Shown: piece after piece, positions 35,257-35,345 of the stretch
Numbering within the stretch: position 1 is the stretch's first letter
How the letters are laid out: every line of letters begins with the position of its first letter
IMG/VR virus record: IMGVR_UViG_3300020426_000016
Span: 1 to 35,345 of that record
Strand: one strand, 5' to 3'
Source: a virus
Lineage: Duplodnaviria; Caudoviricetes
DNA length: 35,345 nucleotides
Made by a program: the position numbers and the translations under genes
The notes under the pieces: model-generated
What the model saw: the letters and a program-made list of their open reading frames with translations, nothing else
What the model was told of the DNA's origin: nothing
Databases searched by the model: none

Positions 35257-35345
35257 TGAAATCAGCAAGCATCTTATGCTCACCTCAAAAGAGCTGGATT
35301 ATATTCTTAAAAAATCGAAGCAGTGCACTTTTAATCAATATCTGG
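35253..35345 (+). pseudogene. Host AraC-family regulator, 3' part
   Basis: Open frame DEISKHLMLTSKELDYILKKSKQCTFNQYL, continuing the 1-75 frame. Confidence 0.75.

Overview
The window is almost entirely one apparently complete ~35.2 kb Mu-like transposable prophage (76..35252, TG...CA termini). It is inserted into a host AraC-family regulator gene, and the interrupted reading frame can be rebuilt exactly by removing the element. TAnnTTTG promoters, the general absence of Shine-Dalgarno sites and the AT-rich composition point to a Bacteroidota host, probably Flavobacteriaceae (inference). From right to left the layout is: CI-like S24 repressor and Ner/Cro switch; DDE transposase, MuB-like ATPase, a second ATPase and a run of early genes; a moron; then two divergent late operons (rightward: terminase, adaptors, portal, MuF; leftward: protease/scaffold, capsid, lysis, contractile tail, baseplate, fibres); and a mom-like DNA-modification gene broken by one in-frame TAA. 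The most interesting candidate system lies at 22099-23476. A GGGAAAG -1 slippery site puts the MuF gene, which lacks an ATG start, in frame with the portal. MuF carries a C-terminal CdiA-like PD-(D/E)xK domain, possibly a tRNase. No immunity ORF follows it; instead there is a convergent, separately promoted small RNA that folds as a tRNA acceptor minihelix ending in UCCA, a possible RNA decoy antitoxin. Other oddities are a capsid protein with a two-helix hydrophobic leader, a pseudoknotted RNA plus SD/start-stop element upstream of mom, a mini-tRNA in the early operon and an apparent 4-bp target duplication. All family assignments come from motif recognition and gene order, not from database searches.
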